IMG/VR virus record: IMGVR_UViG_3300034062_003964
Span: 57,468-121,467 of that record
Strand: one strand, 5' to 3'
Source of the DNA: a virus
DNA length: 64,000 nucleotides
Shown here: positions 1 to 10,242 of the stretch, one piece after another
Position numbering within the stretch: position 1 is the stretch's first letter
Layout of the letters: every line of letters starts with the position of its first letter
Translations under genes and position numbers: made by a program
Notes under the pieces: generated by a model
Database searches by the model: none
What the model saw: the letters and a program-made list of their open reading frames with translations, nothing else
Told to the model about the DNA's origin: nothing

Positions 1-1410
1 AATAAACCTAATTTAAATTTTTCTTGGGATAGTAATATAGAATTCTATGGGTATTACCAAAGTCTAAACAATTTTTTAGGGTATGATGAAAACATAAAAG
101 AAATGTTCGGTCCTGATGATAATTTTATTACAAAATTAAAATCTTTGTACCCAAATTTTAAAAATCAAAAATCTACTTCGATACACATTAGAAGAGGTGA
201 CTATCTAACTATAAACGATATACTACCATCTGTAGATTTAAGTTATATTGATTATTGTATAAATCTTTTAGATGACTTAACTGAAGTATTTTATGTTTTT
301 AGTGATGATATTAATTGGGTTAAAAATAATATTAAATCTTCTAAAGTGGTTTTTGTTGACCAGTTACAAGATTATGAAGATTTATGGATGATGAGTTTAT
401 GTGAAAATAACGTAATATCAAACTCAACATTTTCATGGTGGTCAGCCTTTTTAAATAAAAATGAAAATAAAAAAGTTTTATGCCCAAGTATGTGGTTTGG
501 ACCTAAAGGATTTCAAGATTACGATAACATATATGTAGATGGATGGATTAAAGTAAACGTAAATTACAATAATGGGTTATTAGTAAAAACAAAAAACGAC
601 ACTATTAATCTAATAGACTCAACATTCTCACACTCAAAAATAGGTTACTGTAGTGATTACCAAGACTCATTATTTTTTAAATGGAAAAGAGAAAATTTTA
701 ATAAAAATGGTAATGATTTTGTTGTTTACACCGATGCGAGATTGGGGGAAGTCACAAATAACCATAATTCAATTGCTTGGTTAATCGAACCAAAAGAAAT
801 CGCACCATATACCTATGATTTTATTGTTAATAACAATAATAAATTTAAAAAAGTATTCACACATGAAAAGTCACTATTAGACAAGGGTGGAAATTATGAA
901 TTATTACCATTCGGATGTTGTTGGATAAAACCTGAGGACCAAAAAATTTACAATAAATCAAAAATGATAAGTATAATATCATCAAATAAGACTCAAACAA
1001 ATGGTCATAGATTAAGACACGACATTATTAACCAATTAAATGGTAAAATAGATGTATACGGTAGAACTTACAACCCAATAGATTATAAACTTGACGGACT
1101 AAAAGAATATAAATTTCACATTGTGGTGGAAAACACTAAAAGAGATTATTGGTTTACTGAGAAACTAATTGATTGTTTTGTGACAGGAACAGTACCAATT
1201 TATTGGGGGTGTCCTTCAATAGGTGATTTTTTTGACACTAACGGTATGATTATTTTTGACAATGTTGGGGAGTTAGTGGACATCGTAAATAATTTATCTA
1301 TAGATGACTATATAAAAAGACTAGAAAGTATTAAAAATAATTTTAATAAATCAAAAAAATATTTGTTACCAGATGATATTATTTACAAAAAACTTACTTT
1401 AGAAATATAA
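1..1410 (+). CDS. GT11 (alpha-1,2-fucosyl/colitosyltransferase-like) fused to GT10-like fucosyltransferase; 5' partial
   Basis: Frame is open from base 1 (…FYGYYQS…). GT11 motifs HIRRGDY and DLWMMSLC..NVISNSTFSWW; GT10-like motif YKFHIVVEN…YWFTEKLIDCF..GTVPIYWG. Confidence 0.8.
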   Translation, partial: NKPNLNFSWDSNIEFYGYYQSLNNFLGYDENIKEMFGPDDNFITKLKSLYPNFKNQKSTSIHIRRGDYLTINDILPSVDLSYIDYCINLLDDLTEVFYVFSDDINWVKNNIKSSKVVFVDQLQDYEDLWMMSLCENNVISNSTFSWWSAFLNKNENKKVLCPSMWFGPKGFQDYDNIYVDGWIKVNVNYNNGLLVKTKNDTINLIDSTFSHSKIGYCSDYQDSLFFKWKRENFNKNGNDFVVYTDARLGEVTNNHNSIAWLIEPKEIAPYTYDFIVNNNNKFKKVFTHEKSLLDKGGNYELLPFGCCWIKPEDQKIYNKSKMISIISSNKTQTNGHRLRHDIINQLNGKIDVYGRTYNPIDYKLDGLKEYKFHIVVENTKRDYWFTEKLIDCFVTGTVPIYWGCPSIGDFFDTNGMIIFDNVGELVDIVNNLSIDDYIKRLESIKNNFNKSKKYLLPDDIIYKKLTLEI

Positions 1411-1418
1411 AAAATATT

Positions 1419-2138
1419 ATGAAAAATTTAAAAGATATTATAAACCTTGAGAAAGACAAAACATCATTTGTTTGTGGTTTAGGTCCTTCTCTTTCGGACA
1501 CTATAGGACACATTATAAAAGAAAGGAAAAATATAGTTTTAGTTTCTTGTAACGATATTGATTTGATAAGTGATTTACAACCTAACTATTGGGTTTGGGC
1601 GAATACGCAACAAGTTGGTAGTTTAATTGATAGATTAAAAAGAATGCCTAACACATCACTTGTACATGCAGACTCAGTAGACTCAACACCTAGATGGTGG
1701 ATTGAAAAAAATTTAGGAAATTTAAATTATGTGGGTTACGACCAAAGACACTTTGATAATAAAACCTGTTATAGTTGTGCAAACGGATGTCAAAATTTTA
1801 TTAGTGATAGATTAACAATACAAGAAGAGTTACAAAAATTTACAGGTAATGATGAGAAATATAGTGCAGGGGATACTGTTGCTGTACATATGTTAGCACT
1901 ATCTATATTATTGGGGTGTAAAAAAATATACGTATCAGGGGTAGATTTAGACTATAAAAAAGGTTATTTTGGTTCTTATATGGCCCCAATATCGGCAACG
2001 GAATTTGACTCAACTATACCTAATATGTTAAATGATTTTAGAATTATTAACGATAGTGCTAAAAAAATTGGGGTTGAGATAATAAACACAAGTGTAGATT
2101 CACGTCTAAGTGAAATTTTAAAAACTGAAAAAATATGA
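1419..2138 (+). CDS. Cst-II/Maf (DUF115)-like nonulosonate glycosyltransferase
   Basis: Motifs VCGLGPSL and HMLALSILLGCKKIYVSGVDL resemble the Cst-II/Maf motifs GNGPSL and AIALGYKEIYLSGIDF; lies near neuA/neuB. Confidence 0.6.
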   Translation: MKNLKDIINLEKDKTSFVCGLGPSLSDTIGHIIKERKNIVLVSCNDIDLISDLQPNYWVWANTQQVGSLIDRLKRMPNTSLVHADSVDSTPRWWIEKNLGNLNYVGYDQRHFDNKTCYSCANGCQNFISDRLTIQEELQKFTGNDEKYSAGDTVAVHMLALSILLGCKKIYVSGVDLDYKKGYFGSYMAPISATEFDSTIPNMLNDFRIINDSAKKIGVEIINTSVDSRLSEILKTEKI

Positions 2139-2833
2139 GTTCAATATTTAATCCTAATTATGTTCAAAAAACATATAAAGAAAATAAATCAGATTACCCA
2201 AAAAAGTTAGTTAACTATATTATAAAAAAATATAACATAAAAGAAGGGGCTAAGATTTTAGATATTGGATGTGGTGATGGAGTAATAACAAAATGTTTTA
2301 TTGAATGTGGTATAGATGCTTATGGAATGGACATATCAAATTCCTCAAAAGAAAACATACCGTCAAAAAAATTTAAATCTTATGATTTAAACGAAAAAAA
2401 ATATCCGTTTAAAGATGAAAAATTTGATTTTATTTTTTCAAAATCTGTTGTTGAGCATCTACAAAATCCGGATATTTTATTAGATGAATCATATAGAATG
2501 TTAAAAAAGGGTGGCGTATTAATTTGTATGGCTCCGAGTTGGAAACATTCGTATAAGGAGGCTTTCTATATTGACCACACACATGTTACACCTTTCACTA
2601 GATATTCATTAGAAACCGCTTGTGACCTATCTGGGTTTGTTTCTGAGTGTGAATATTTTTATCAGTTACCATTAACATGGAAATATTCATTTTTAAACAT
2701 TTTTAGATACATCATTCAAAAATTACCATTACCATACTCACCATTTGAAAAAGTATTATGGGGTAAAAAAACAAACAAGATTATTAGATTCTCAAAAGAG
2801 GCAATGTTAATTTGTAAAGCGGAAAAAAAATGA
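2135..2833 (+). CDS. Class I SAM-dependent methyltransferase
   Basis: ILDIGCGDG, FDFIFSKSVVEHL, RMLKKGG motifs. Confidence 0.9.
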   Translation: MSSIFNPNYVQKTYKENKSDYPKKLVNYIIKKYNIKEGAKILDIGCGDGVITKCFIECGIDAYGMDISNSSKENIPSKKFKSYDLNEKKYPFKDEKFDFIFSKSVVEHLQNPDILLDESYRMLKKGGVLICMAPSWKHSYKEAFYIDHTHVTPFTRYSLETACDLSGFVSECEYFYQLPLTWKYSFLNIFRYIIQKLPLPYSPFEKVLWGKKTNKIIRFSKEAMLICKAEKK

Positions 2834-3498
2834 TATCCTTAATTTTAGCAAGGGGTGGAAGTAAAGGCGTTCCAAAAAAAAACATAAAACAATTAATGGG
2901 TAAACCTTTAATTGAGTATGTAATTACTTCGGCTAAAGAATCAAAAAAAATTACAGATGTATATGTTTCTTCTGATGATGAGGAGATAATTGAAATCTCA
3001 AAGAATCTAGGATGTAAAATCATTGTAAGACCTAATGAATTGTCAACTGACACATCTTTAGATATAGATTCTTTTAGACATTTTTGCAAAGAATTAAACC
3101 ATACTGAACCAATAATACATTTAAGAGCAACAACCCCTTTAGTAAATCCATTAGTCATTGATAACGCTATTGAAGTGTTTTTAAAAAATAAAAAAAACAT
3201 AACAAGTCTTAGGTCTGCACATGAAACTTCAGAATCTGTATATAAGTTTTATACAAAAAATGGTGAGTTTTGGCAACCTATAGTTGATACTATGGATACT
3301 AATTTACCTAGACAAAGTTATCCTAAAACATATTCACCTAACGGATATGTTGATATAGTAACCCCTGAAATTTTTATGGATTCAGATAGTTTTTATGGTG
3401 ATAAAATTTATTCATTTATTACTGATAAAACTTATGAAATTGACACTATTGATGATTTTAATTATATTGAGTATATTTTAAGTAAAAAAAATGTATAA
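2830..3498 (+). CDS. neuA: Acylneuraminate cytidylyltransferase (CMP-nonulosonate synthetase)
   Basis: LILARGGSKGVPKKNI, LRATTPL, PRQ..P, EIDTIDDF. Confidence 0.9.
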   Translation: MISLILARGGSKGVPKKNIKQLMGKPLIEYVITSAKESKKITDVYVSSDDEEIIEISKNLGCKIIVRPNELSTDTSLDIDSFRHFCKELNHTEPIIHLRATTPLVNPLVIDNAIEVFLKNKKNITSLRSAHETSESVYKFYTKNGEFWQPIVDTMDTNLPRQSYPKTYSPNGYVDIVTPEIFMDSDSFYGDKIYSFITDKTYEIDTIDDFNYIEYILSKKNV

Positions 3499-4825
3499 GT
3501 TCCAGTTAACACCGGTTAAATGTGATTCTGTAAAAACACGTTATAGAAACATTACAACATCAATTCCATCTCCACAATCATTAGAGTATTTAAATAATTG
3601 TATCAAGTATGAGCCAAATTCAATGAATGACCAACTACCCGTAGTGTGGGATTCGGCATTAAATTATTCAATTTATGATATATCAGGTAATAAATGGATA
3701 GATTTTACCTCATCAATATTTGTCACAAATGTAGGGCACTCAAACCCAAAAGTAAAAGAAGCTATTATCTCTACGACTAATAAAAATTTATTAAACGCTT
3801 ATTATTACCCAACCAAAGAAAGGTCTGAATTTTCTAAACTATTAGTTAATGTTTCACCTAAAAATTTAGACAAAGTTTTATTTTTATCTACCGGTTCTGA
3901 GTCTGTTGAGTGTGCAATTAAAATGTCAATTAAACATACAGGTAAAAACAAAATCATCTCATTCAATAATGGTTATCATGGCAAAACTATGGGGTCGGCA
4001 ATGGCAGGTGGTAAATTTAAATCACAAGAATGGATACCCGTTAAAACATATGTAACTCATTTACCTTACCCTGATACTATTACATTAGAAAAAGAAGGGT
4101 TGTTACCACAAGAACTTTTTGAAAAATATTTTAAAGATATAAATCCTTCTGAGTATTCCTCAGTAATCATGGAACCATATCAAGGATGGTCAGCCGAATT
4201 TGCGTCAAAAGAATATGTTAAATTATTAAAAAAATGGTGTGAACATAATAACGTCTTATTAATAATTGACGAGATACAATCAGGGTTTGGTAGGACAGGT
4301 AAATTATTCGCTTATGAACATTTTGATATTACTCCCGATATAATTGTTTGTGCTAAAGGGATTTCATCATCATTACCATTATCTTGCGTAATAACTAATA
4401 ATAAAATTATTAACAACGATATGTCATACAACAGCACACATGGGGGTAACCCTGTTGCGGTTGCCGCGTCAAAAGCTTCTGTAGAATATCTTTTAGATAA
4501 TGATTTGATTAACGAATCATATCGGAAAGGTAAGATAATGGAAACGGAATTATTAAAGTGGAAAGAAGAAATGCCTGATTATGTAAAAAAAATAAACTGT
4601 AAAGGATTATTGGCGGGGGTTTTCATCAAATCACCAAATGGAAATGACGTTGATTTTGTTGATATGATAATAGAAGTTGCAATGAGAAAAGGTTTATTAT
4701 CAATTAGGACACAATCAGGAACATTAAAAATAGGTCCTCCATTAACTATTGATGATGATGCGTTAATTGAAGGTATTGGAGTTTTAAAAGAAAGTTTGAT
4801 AGAATGTTTAGGCACGTTGGTATAG
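3491..4825 (+). CDS. Class III PLP-dependent aminotransferase
   Basis: TGSESVECA, GYHGKT, DEIQSGFGRTG, AKG (PLP Lys), THGGNPVA. Confidence 0.9.
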   Translation: MYKFQLTPVKCDSVKTRYRNITTSIPSPQSLEYLNNCIKYEPNSMNDQLPVVWDSALNYSIYDISGNKWIDFTSSIFVTNVGHSNPKVKEAIISTTNKNLLNAYYYPTKERSEFSKLLVNVSPKNLDKVLFLSTGSESVECAIKMSIKHTGKNKIISFNNGYHGKTMGSAMAGGKFKSQEWIPVKTYVTHLPYPDTITLEKEGLLPQELFEKYFKDINPSEYSSVIMEPYQGWSAEFASKEYVKLLKKWCEHNNVLLIIDEIQSGFGRTGKLFAYEHFDITPDIIVCAKGISSSLPLSCVITNNKIINNDMSYNSTHGGNPVAVAASKASVEYLLDNDLINESYRKGKIMETELLKWKEEMPDYVKKINCKGLLAGVFIKSPNGNDVDFVDMIIEVAMRKGLLSIRTQSGTLKIGPPLTIDDDALIEGIGVLKESLIECLGTLV

Positions 4826-5217
4826 TCGTAAACGACTTGGATAAAATGAAATGGTTTTATCAAGATGTAATTGGATTGGAAATTCTTTATGATAAAATAG
4901 AAGAAGGTCGGTTTTTAAATCATATACTTAATTCTGTTAATAAATCTCCAAGAATTATTAAATTGGGTAAAGATAATAAAACAATAGTTGAATTGCTTTA
5001 TTTTGGAAGTTGTGAAATAAATAAAAAAAGTCTTTTTGAAAACGGGTACACTCATTTTGCATTTACTATAGATAATGTTAAAACTCTTTACGATAAGTTT
5101 ATTGATAATAATTTACCTATCATTAATACTCCGACAATTTCTGATGAAAAAACGGTTAAAGTTTTTTTTGGTTCGGACCCAGAAAATAATATTATAGAAT
5201 TTGTTGAGTTATTATGA
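4804..5217 (+). CDS. VOC/glyoxalase-fold protein
   Basis: RHVGIVV…HFAFTIDN…DPENNIIEFVE. Confidence 0.85.
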   Translation: MFRHVGIVVNDLDKMKWFYQDVIGLEILYDKIEEGRFLNHILNSVNKSPRIIKLGKDNKTIVELLYFGSCEINKKSLFENGYTHFAFTIDNVKTLYDKFIDNNLPIINTPTISDEKTVKVFFGSDPENNIIEFVELL

Positions 5218-5981
5218 TAGTAGGAGTTTTACAAGGTCGTCTTAGTGAGCCGGTCAATAAAAAAATGCAAGAGTTTCCACTTAACTGGAAATCCGAATTT
5301 AATGTTTTAAATCATATCGAGTTGAGTGGTATCGAATGGTTAATAACTCCAAACGATAACTTAAATAATCCATTATTTATTGAATCTAATTTACCCACTA
5401 ACATCTTATCGGTTTGTGTAGATACTATGGTTAATAATTCATTTTACAAAGATGAATTTATGAATCAAAATTTAGTACCTGTTTTAGATAAAATGGTAGA
5501 ACTAAAATTGAATAAAATAGTAATACCACTTTTAGAAGATAGTTCAGTGGAAAATGAATATATCAGATATGAATTTTTAAAAAACATAATTCCAATATCT
5601 GAAAAATATCCATCAATTAATTTTTGTTTTGAATTTGAATGTGATAAAGAAATTGTGATGGATGTCGTAAATAATAAAGACAATTTTTTTATTACCTATG
5701 ATACCGGTAATTTCACCTCAACATATAAAGAAAAAATAGACCATGAAGAATTAATAAATTACTTCGGGTCAAAAATAAAAAATGTTCATTTTAAAGATAG
5801 AACTTTTAATGGTGAAACAAAACATTTTGGGTTAGGCGATACCAATTTTAAAACTATAATTGATTCATTAAAAAATATTAATTACACTGATAACATCATA
5901 TTGCAACTTGCAAGAGATGTGGATGGTGATGAAATAAATTACATAAAAAATACATACCAAAAAATCAAAACATTATTATGA
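5214..5981 (+). CDS. Sugar-phosphate isomerase/epimerase (xylose-isomerase-like TIM barrel)
   Basis: GVLQGRLS N-terminus, YDTGN, VHFKDR, GLGDTNF. Confidence 0.75.
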   Translation: MIVGVLQGRLSEPVNKKMQEFPLNWKSEFNVLNHIELSGIEWLITPNDNLNNPLFIESNLPTNILSVCVDTMVNNSFYKDEFMNQNLVPVLDKMVELKLNKIVIPLLEDSSVENEYIRYEFLKNIIPISEKYPSINFCFEFECDKEIVMDVVNNKDNFFITYDTGNFTSTYKEKIDHEELINYFGSKIKNVHFKDRTFNGETKHFGLGDTNFKTIIDSLKNINYTDNIILQLARDVDGDEINYIKNTYQKIKTLL

Positions 5982-6796
5982 GAAACTTATTTGATTTAGA
6001 TGGTAAGGTTGCTTTAATTACCGGCGCGGGTGGATTATTAGGTCCAAAACACGCCGAGGCTCTTTTAGAATATGGGGCTAAAGTAATTCTTACAGATGTC
6101 GACATGGATATGTTATCTAAAAAACACAAAGAACTTTCTTCAGTTTATGGGGAAGAAAATGTGTTTATGGAATACATGAATGTTACAGACAAAAAAAGTG
6201 TAAATGAGGTGTCAAACAAATATGAAAGAATCGATATCCTTATTAATAACGCGGCTAAAGACCCAAAAGTCACAAAAGACGATAAAAGTTTAACGCCTGA
6301 AACAAGATTTGAGGTGATGACTGAATCGTATTTTAAAGAAGGTATTGATGCAATTATAAACGGAACTTTTATTACTTCACAAGTAATTTGTAATAAAATG
6401 TTAGAAACGGGTGGTGGTGTTGTATTAAACATTTCGTCTGATTTGGGTGTGATTGCACCTGACCAAAGAATCTACAGAGATGAAACAAAATCTGAAAACG
6501 AACAGAATGTAAAACCAATTACATATTCGGCAGCCAAATGGGCTGTAATTGGTATGACAAAATATCTTTCTACATATTTCGCCAAAAATAATATTAGAGT
6601 AAATTGTTTAAGTCCGACAGGTGTTTATAACGACCATCCTGTTGATTTTGTAACTAAGTTATCTAATATTATACCGATGGGTAGAATGGCTCACATTGAT
6701 GAATATAAAGGTGCGATTGTGTTTATGTGTTCTGACGCAAGTTCATATATGACAGGTTCGAATGTTGTAATAGACGGAGGGAAAACAGTATGGTAG
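5978..6796 (+). CDS. SDR oxidoreductase (PtmA-like)
   Basis: TGAGGLLG, NNAA, YSAAK, IRVNCLSP. Confidence 0.9.
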   Translation: MRNLFDLDGKVALITGAGGLLGPKHAEALLEYGAKVILTDVDMDMLSKKHKELSSVYGEENVFMEYMNVTDKKSVNEVSNKYERIDILINNAAKDPKVTKDDKSLTPETRFEVMTESYFKEGIDAIINGTFITSQVICNKMLETGGGVVLNISSDLGVIAPDQRIYRDETKSENEQNVKPITYSAAKWAVIGMTKYLSTYFAKNNIRVNCLSPTGVYNDHPVDFVTKLSNIIPMGRMAHIDEYKGAIVFMCSDASSYMTGSNVVIDGGKTVW

Positions 6797-7365
6797 AAAT
6801 GGTTATAAAGAATATTCAGGAGTCAATTAAATTGAAGACTGAACTATTGAATGACAAAGAGATTATAAACAACTCAAATACGATTGCAGAAAAAATCATC
6901 GAGTGTTATAAAAACGGTAATAAAGTATTCTTTTGTGGTAATGGTGGAAGTTTTGCTGATGCACAACACCTTTCAGCAGAATTAAGTGGTCGATTCTATT
7001 TTGATAGAGACCCGTTAGAAGTTGTTTTATTAGCGGCCAATGTTTCTTATTTAACTGCGGTAGGAAATGATTACTCATATTCAGATATCTTCTCACGAGA
7101 AATTAAATCATCAGTAAAAGAAGGTGATATTCTAATTTGTTTCTCAACCTCAGGTAAATCAAAAAATGTTATTAAAGCAATTGGAGTCGCTAAAAACAAG
7201 GGAGCGATTATCGCATCCTTTATTGGTAATGATGGTGGGGAAATGAAAGATATATCAGATTATAATTTAATTATACCCTCAAATAACACCGCAAGAATAC
7301 AAGAATGTCACACACTACTTGGGCATACAATTTTAGAAATAGTAGAAAATAAAATGTTTAAATAA
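6790..7365 (+). CDS. gmhA: Sedoheptulose-7-phosphate isomerase (SIS domain)
   Basis: CGNGGSFADAQHLSAEL, GNDY, STSGKS, RIQECH. Confidence 0.88.
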   Translation: MVEMVIKNIQESIKLKTELLNDKEIINNSNTIAEKIIECYKNGNKVFFCGNGGSFADAQHLSAELSGRFYFDRDPLEVVLLAANVSYLTAVGNDYSYSDIFSREIKSSVKEGDILICFSTSGKSKNVIKAIGVAKNKGAIIASFIGNDGGEMKDISDYNLIIPSNNTARIQECHTLLGHTILEIVENKMFK

Positions 7366-7371
7366 TAAAAA

Positions 7372-8208
7372 ATGAAAAAAACTTATGTAATTGCAGAAAT
7401 AGGTATCAACCATAATGGTGACCTTGATTTAGCTAAAGAACTTATCGTAATGGCTAAAACTTACGAATGTGACGCTGTCAAATTTCAAAAAAGAGATATT
7501 GAATCAGTATACACTAAAGAAGAATTAGACACTCAAAGAGAATCTCCTTGGGGAACAACTAATCGTGAACAAAAGATGGGATTAGAGTTTAGTATTGAAC
7601 AATACAAAGACTTAGAAAAATTCTCAAACGCTTTAGGTTTAGATTTTATCGTTTCTTGTTGGGATTTAAAAAGTGTTGATTTAATCGAATCAAATCTAAA
7701 CGTGAAATACCATAAAATTGCATCAGCGTTATTAACTGATAAATCATTTTTAGAGAAATTAAATTCAACAGGTAAACCAATTATTGTTTCTACTGGTATG
7801 TCAACAGAGGAAGAAGTTGATGCGGCTATTAATATTTTAAATAATGTAGAATACGTTTTAGCGTGTACTAGCACATACCCAACAAAAGATGAAGAAATTA
7901 ATTTAAACTATATCAAAACTTTAAAAGAAAAATACCCACAATATAAGATTGGGTTTTCTAACCACGCAAGTGGAATGATTCCTTGTTTTGGAGCAGTGGC
8001 TTTAGGTTCTGAGTGTGTTGAATTTCACATCACAAAAGATAGAACAATGTACGGTTCTGACCAATCAGCGTCTATTGAAAATGTTGGGGATTTAGTGTCA
8101 GGAATTCGTAAAATGGAAACGGTTTTAGGAGATGGTATAAAGGTTGTATTTGAAACTGAAAAACCAATCGCAAAAAAATTAAGAAAAGTTAATGATATTA
8201 TTTCATAA
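7372..8208 (+). CDS. neuB: N-acetylneuraminate synthase family (short form, no C-terminal SAF domain)
   Basis: IAEIGINHNG, VKFQKR, STGM, STYPT, GFSNH, EFHIT, GSDQ. Confidence 0.9.
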   Translation: MKKTYVIAEIGINHNGDLDLAKELIVMAKTYECDAVKFQKRDIESVYTKEELDTQRESPWGTTNREQKMGLEFSIEQYKDLEKFSNALGLDFIVSCWDLKSVDLIESNLNVKYHKIASALLTDKSFLEKLNSTGKPIIVSTGMSTEEEVDAAINILNNVEYVLACTSTYPTKDEEINLNYIKTLKEKYPQYKIGFSNHASGMIPCFGAVALGSECVEFHITKDRTMYGSDQSASIENVGDLVSGIRKMETVLGDGIKVVFETEKPIAKKLRKVNDIIS

Positions 8209-9169
8209 TATGAAAAAACTTTTAGCAATAACCCATCCAGATGAATGGAATCAATTATTACCATTTAATTCTTTTATAAGAAATTTAAAAGAATTAAATG
8301 GTTATGAATATGTTATTGCTGTAGTTCCATATAAAGGTAATATTGTAATATCTGAGGCAGATGAAATAATTACTATTAAAGATGGTGATTTATTTTCATA
8401 TCCCGCAATTTTAGAAAAATTAGACACAAGAAGAAATGACGATTTTTTAAATCGATGTGTGAAGTTTTGTTTTGAAAAATATGGTTCTGAAAATATAGAT
8501 ATTAAAAGTTGGCAAAATACTGATTATGACATTGGTGTTGTAGATGAAATTAACAAACCACCATTAGAATATTATCGTAAATCTTTTGAATACGCTAAAA
8601 AATTTTTTGATGATGGACTAACAATAACTCCAACAAAAAAAATATTTGGGTCCGTAAAACAAAAATACGGTAACCTATTCAATGACAAAACCATAATTGT
8701 CCTAACTCGTAATTTCACCAATAAAGCGAATATTCATAATACGGCAAATACTTTACCTTATTTAGAAAAAACTTTAAATCATCTAATTGATAATGGTATA
8801 AAAATAGTAAATATTGGGTTCCCTCCAAAATCTTTTGATATCAAAAATTCTAATTATATCGAAATAAATGATAACCTAACACAAGATGAGTTAATTTCTT
8901 TATTTTACTTATCGTCTGGAGTTATGATGGCAGCAGATGCGGGTGGATTTGTAACACACTATGGTAGCAATGTTGATTTTTACATTATGAGTGAAGAATG
9001 GTCAGTTACAAATAAACAAGTTTCTATAAGTTTAATTGATTCTAAAAAAACAAATAAAACAATCTCTTTGGTTGGGTTAAGTGATGAGGATATATACCAA
9101 AACATCATTAATAATATAAGACCACAAGAGATTGTATTCTCAAAAGAAAAAATAATAAATATAATATAA
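8192..9169 (+). CDS. Hypothetical protein, possibly GT-B glycosyltransferase-like
   Basis: Long ORF in the operon; ADAGGFVTH resembles the GT9 DSG..H motif. Confidence 0.4.
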   Translation: MILFHNMKKLLAITHPDEWNQLLPFNSFIRNLKELNGYEYVIAVVPYKGNIVISEADEIITIKDGDLFSYPAILEKLDTRRNDDFLNRCVKFCFEKYGSENIDIKSWQNTDYDIGVVDEINKPPLEYYRKSFEYAKKFFDDGLTITPTKKIFGSVKQKYGNLFNDKTIIVLTRNFTNKANIHNTANTLPYLEKTLNHLIDNGIKIVNIGFPPKSFDIKNSNYIEINDNLTQDELISLFYLSSGVMMAADAGGFVTHYGSNVDFYIMSEEWSVTNKQVSISLIDSKKTNKTISLVGLSDEDIYQNIINNIRPQEIVFSKEKIINII

Positions 9170-9468
9170 TGATATATTGTTTTGATTTAGATGGTACTCT
9201 GTGTACCAACACTAATGGAGATTATAAAAATGCTGAGCCATTTTTAAAAAGAATAAAAAAAGTAAATGAGTTACATGAAAATGGTAATAAAATTATAATT
9301 GATACCGCAAGAGGAGCGACAACAGGTATCGATTGGTACGATTTAACAGAAAATCAATTACGTAGTTGGGGTGTAAATTTTGATAAATTAATTGTTGGTA
9401 AAAAGGTTCATGCAGATGTTTTTATTGATGATAAAGGAATAAATGATAATTTTTTTTTTAACGAATGA
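9169..9468 (+). CDS. Small HAD-family phosphatase
   Basis: FDLDGTLC, TARG, GKK..DVFIDDK. Confidence 0.85.
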   Translation: MIYCFDLDGTLCTNTNGDYKNAEPFLKRIKKVNELHENGNKIIIDTARGATTGIDWYDLTENQLRSWGVNFDKLIVGKKVHADVFIDDKGINDNFFFNE

Positions 9469-10238
9469 ATAATGAACCCTCATATGATTTAGTAATTGTT
9501 GCTCATGAAAAAGATTTTTCACACATAAAATTTATAGTGGAACAATCTGAGTATAATTTAAATTTTGATTCTATACACTTAATATTGAGTGAAAGAGAAC
9601 CTTTTAATGACCTTGATATTTTAAAAGGTATCACTAAAAAACCAATATACTTACACAATGAAACTGATGTTTTAAAAATCGATAGGTCTCGTTTGGAATA
9701 TAGACCTAACTGGACATATCAGATATTTTTAAAATTGTTTCAAAATGTAACTAAAAATGATAATTTTTTAGTTATAGAGGCGGATTCTGTAATATTAAAA
9801 CCTTTAAACTTTTTTGAAGATGGAAAAACCATTTTCTATTTGGGAAGAGATTACATACATGAACCGTATTTTACATTCAATAAAAATGTTTTGGGGTTAA
9901 ATGAGCGTTTTAATCATTCATTTGTCTGTGAATTCATGATGTATAATAAAAAAATAATAAAAGACATGTTATTGAAATGTAATTGTAATACACCTGAAGA
10001 TTTTTTAGAACTTGTTTACAAAAACATTTCTGAGTACTGTGTTCCTGCGGACTACGAAATATATGGAAATTTTGTTTATGAACATCATAATGATAAATTT
10101 TTAACAAAAAATGTTACATACGAATTACATGGTAGGGATGGTAGGTCAGAAAAATTTACAGATGATGATATTAAAACTCTTATTGAAAGAAATAAAGATT
10201 TGGAATCATTGAGTTTCCATGTTTGGCATTTAAATTAA
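9465..10238 (+). CDS. GT-A-like protein (DUF6492-like)
   Basis: WTYQIFLKL, EADSV, DYEIYGNF pattern. Confidence 0.55.
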   Translation: MNNEPSYDLVIVAHEKDFSHIKFIVEQSEYNLNFDSIHLILSEREPFNDLDILKGITKKPIYLHNETDVLKIDRSRLEYRPNWTYQIFLKLFQNVTKNDNFLVIEADSVILKPLNFFEDGKTIFYLGRDYIHEPYFTFNKNVLGLNERFNHSFVCEFMMYNKKIIKDMLLKCNCNTPEDFLELVYKNISEYCVPADYEIYGNFVYEHHNDKFLTKNVTYELHGRDGRSEKFTDDDIKTLIERNKDLESLSFHVWHLN

Positions 10239-10242
10239 GATT

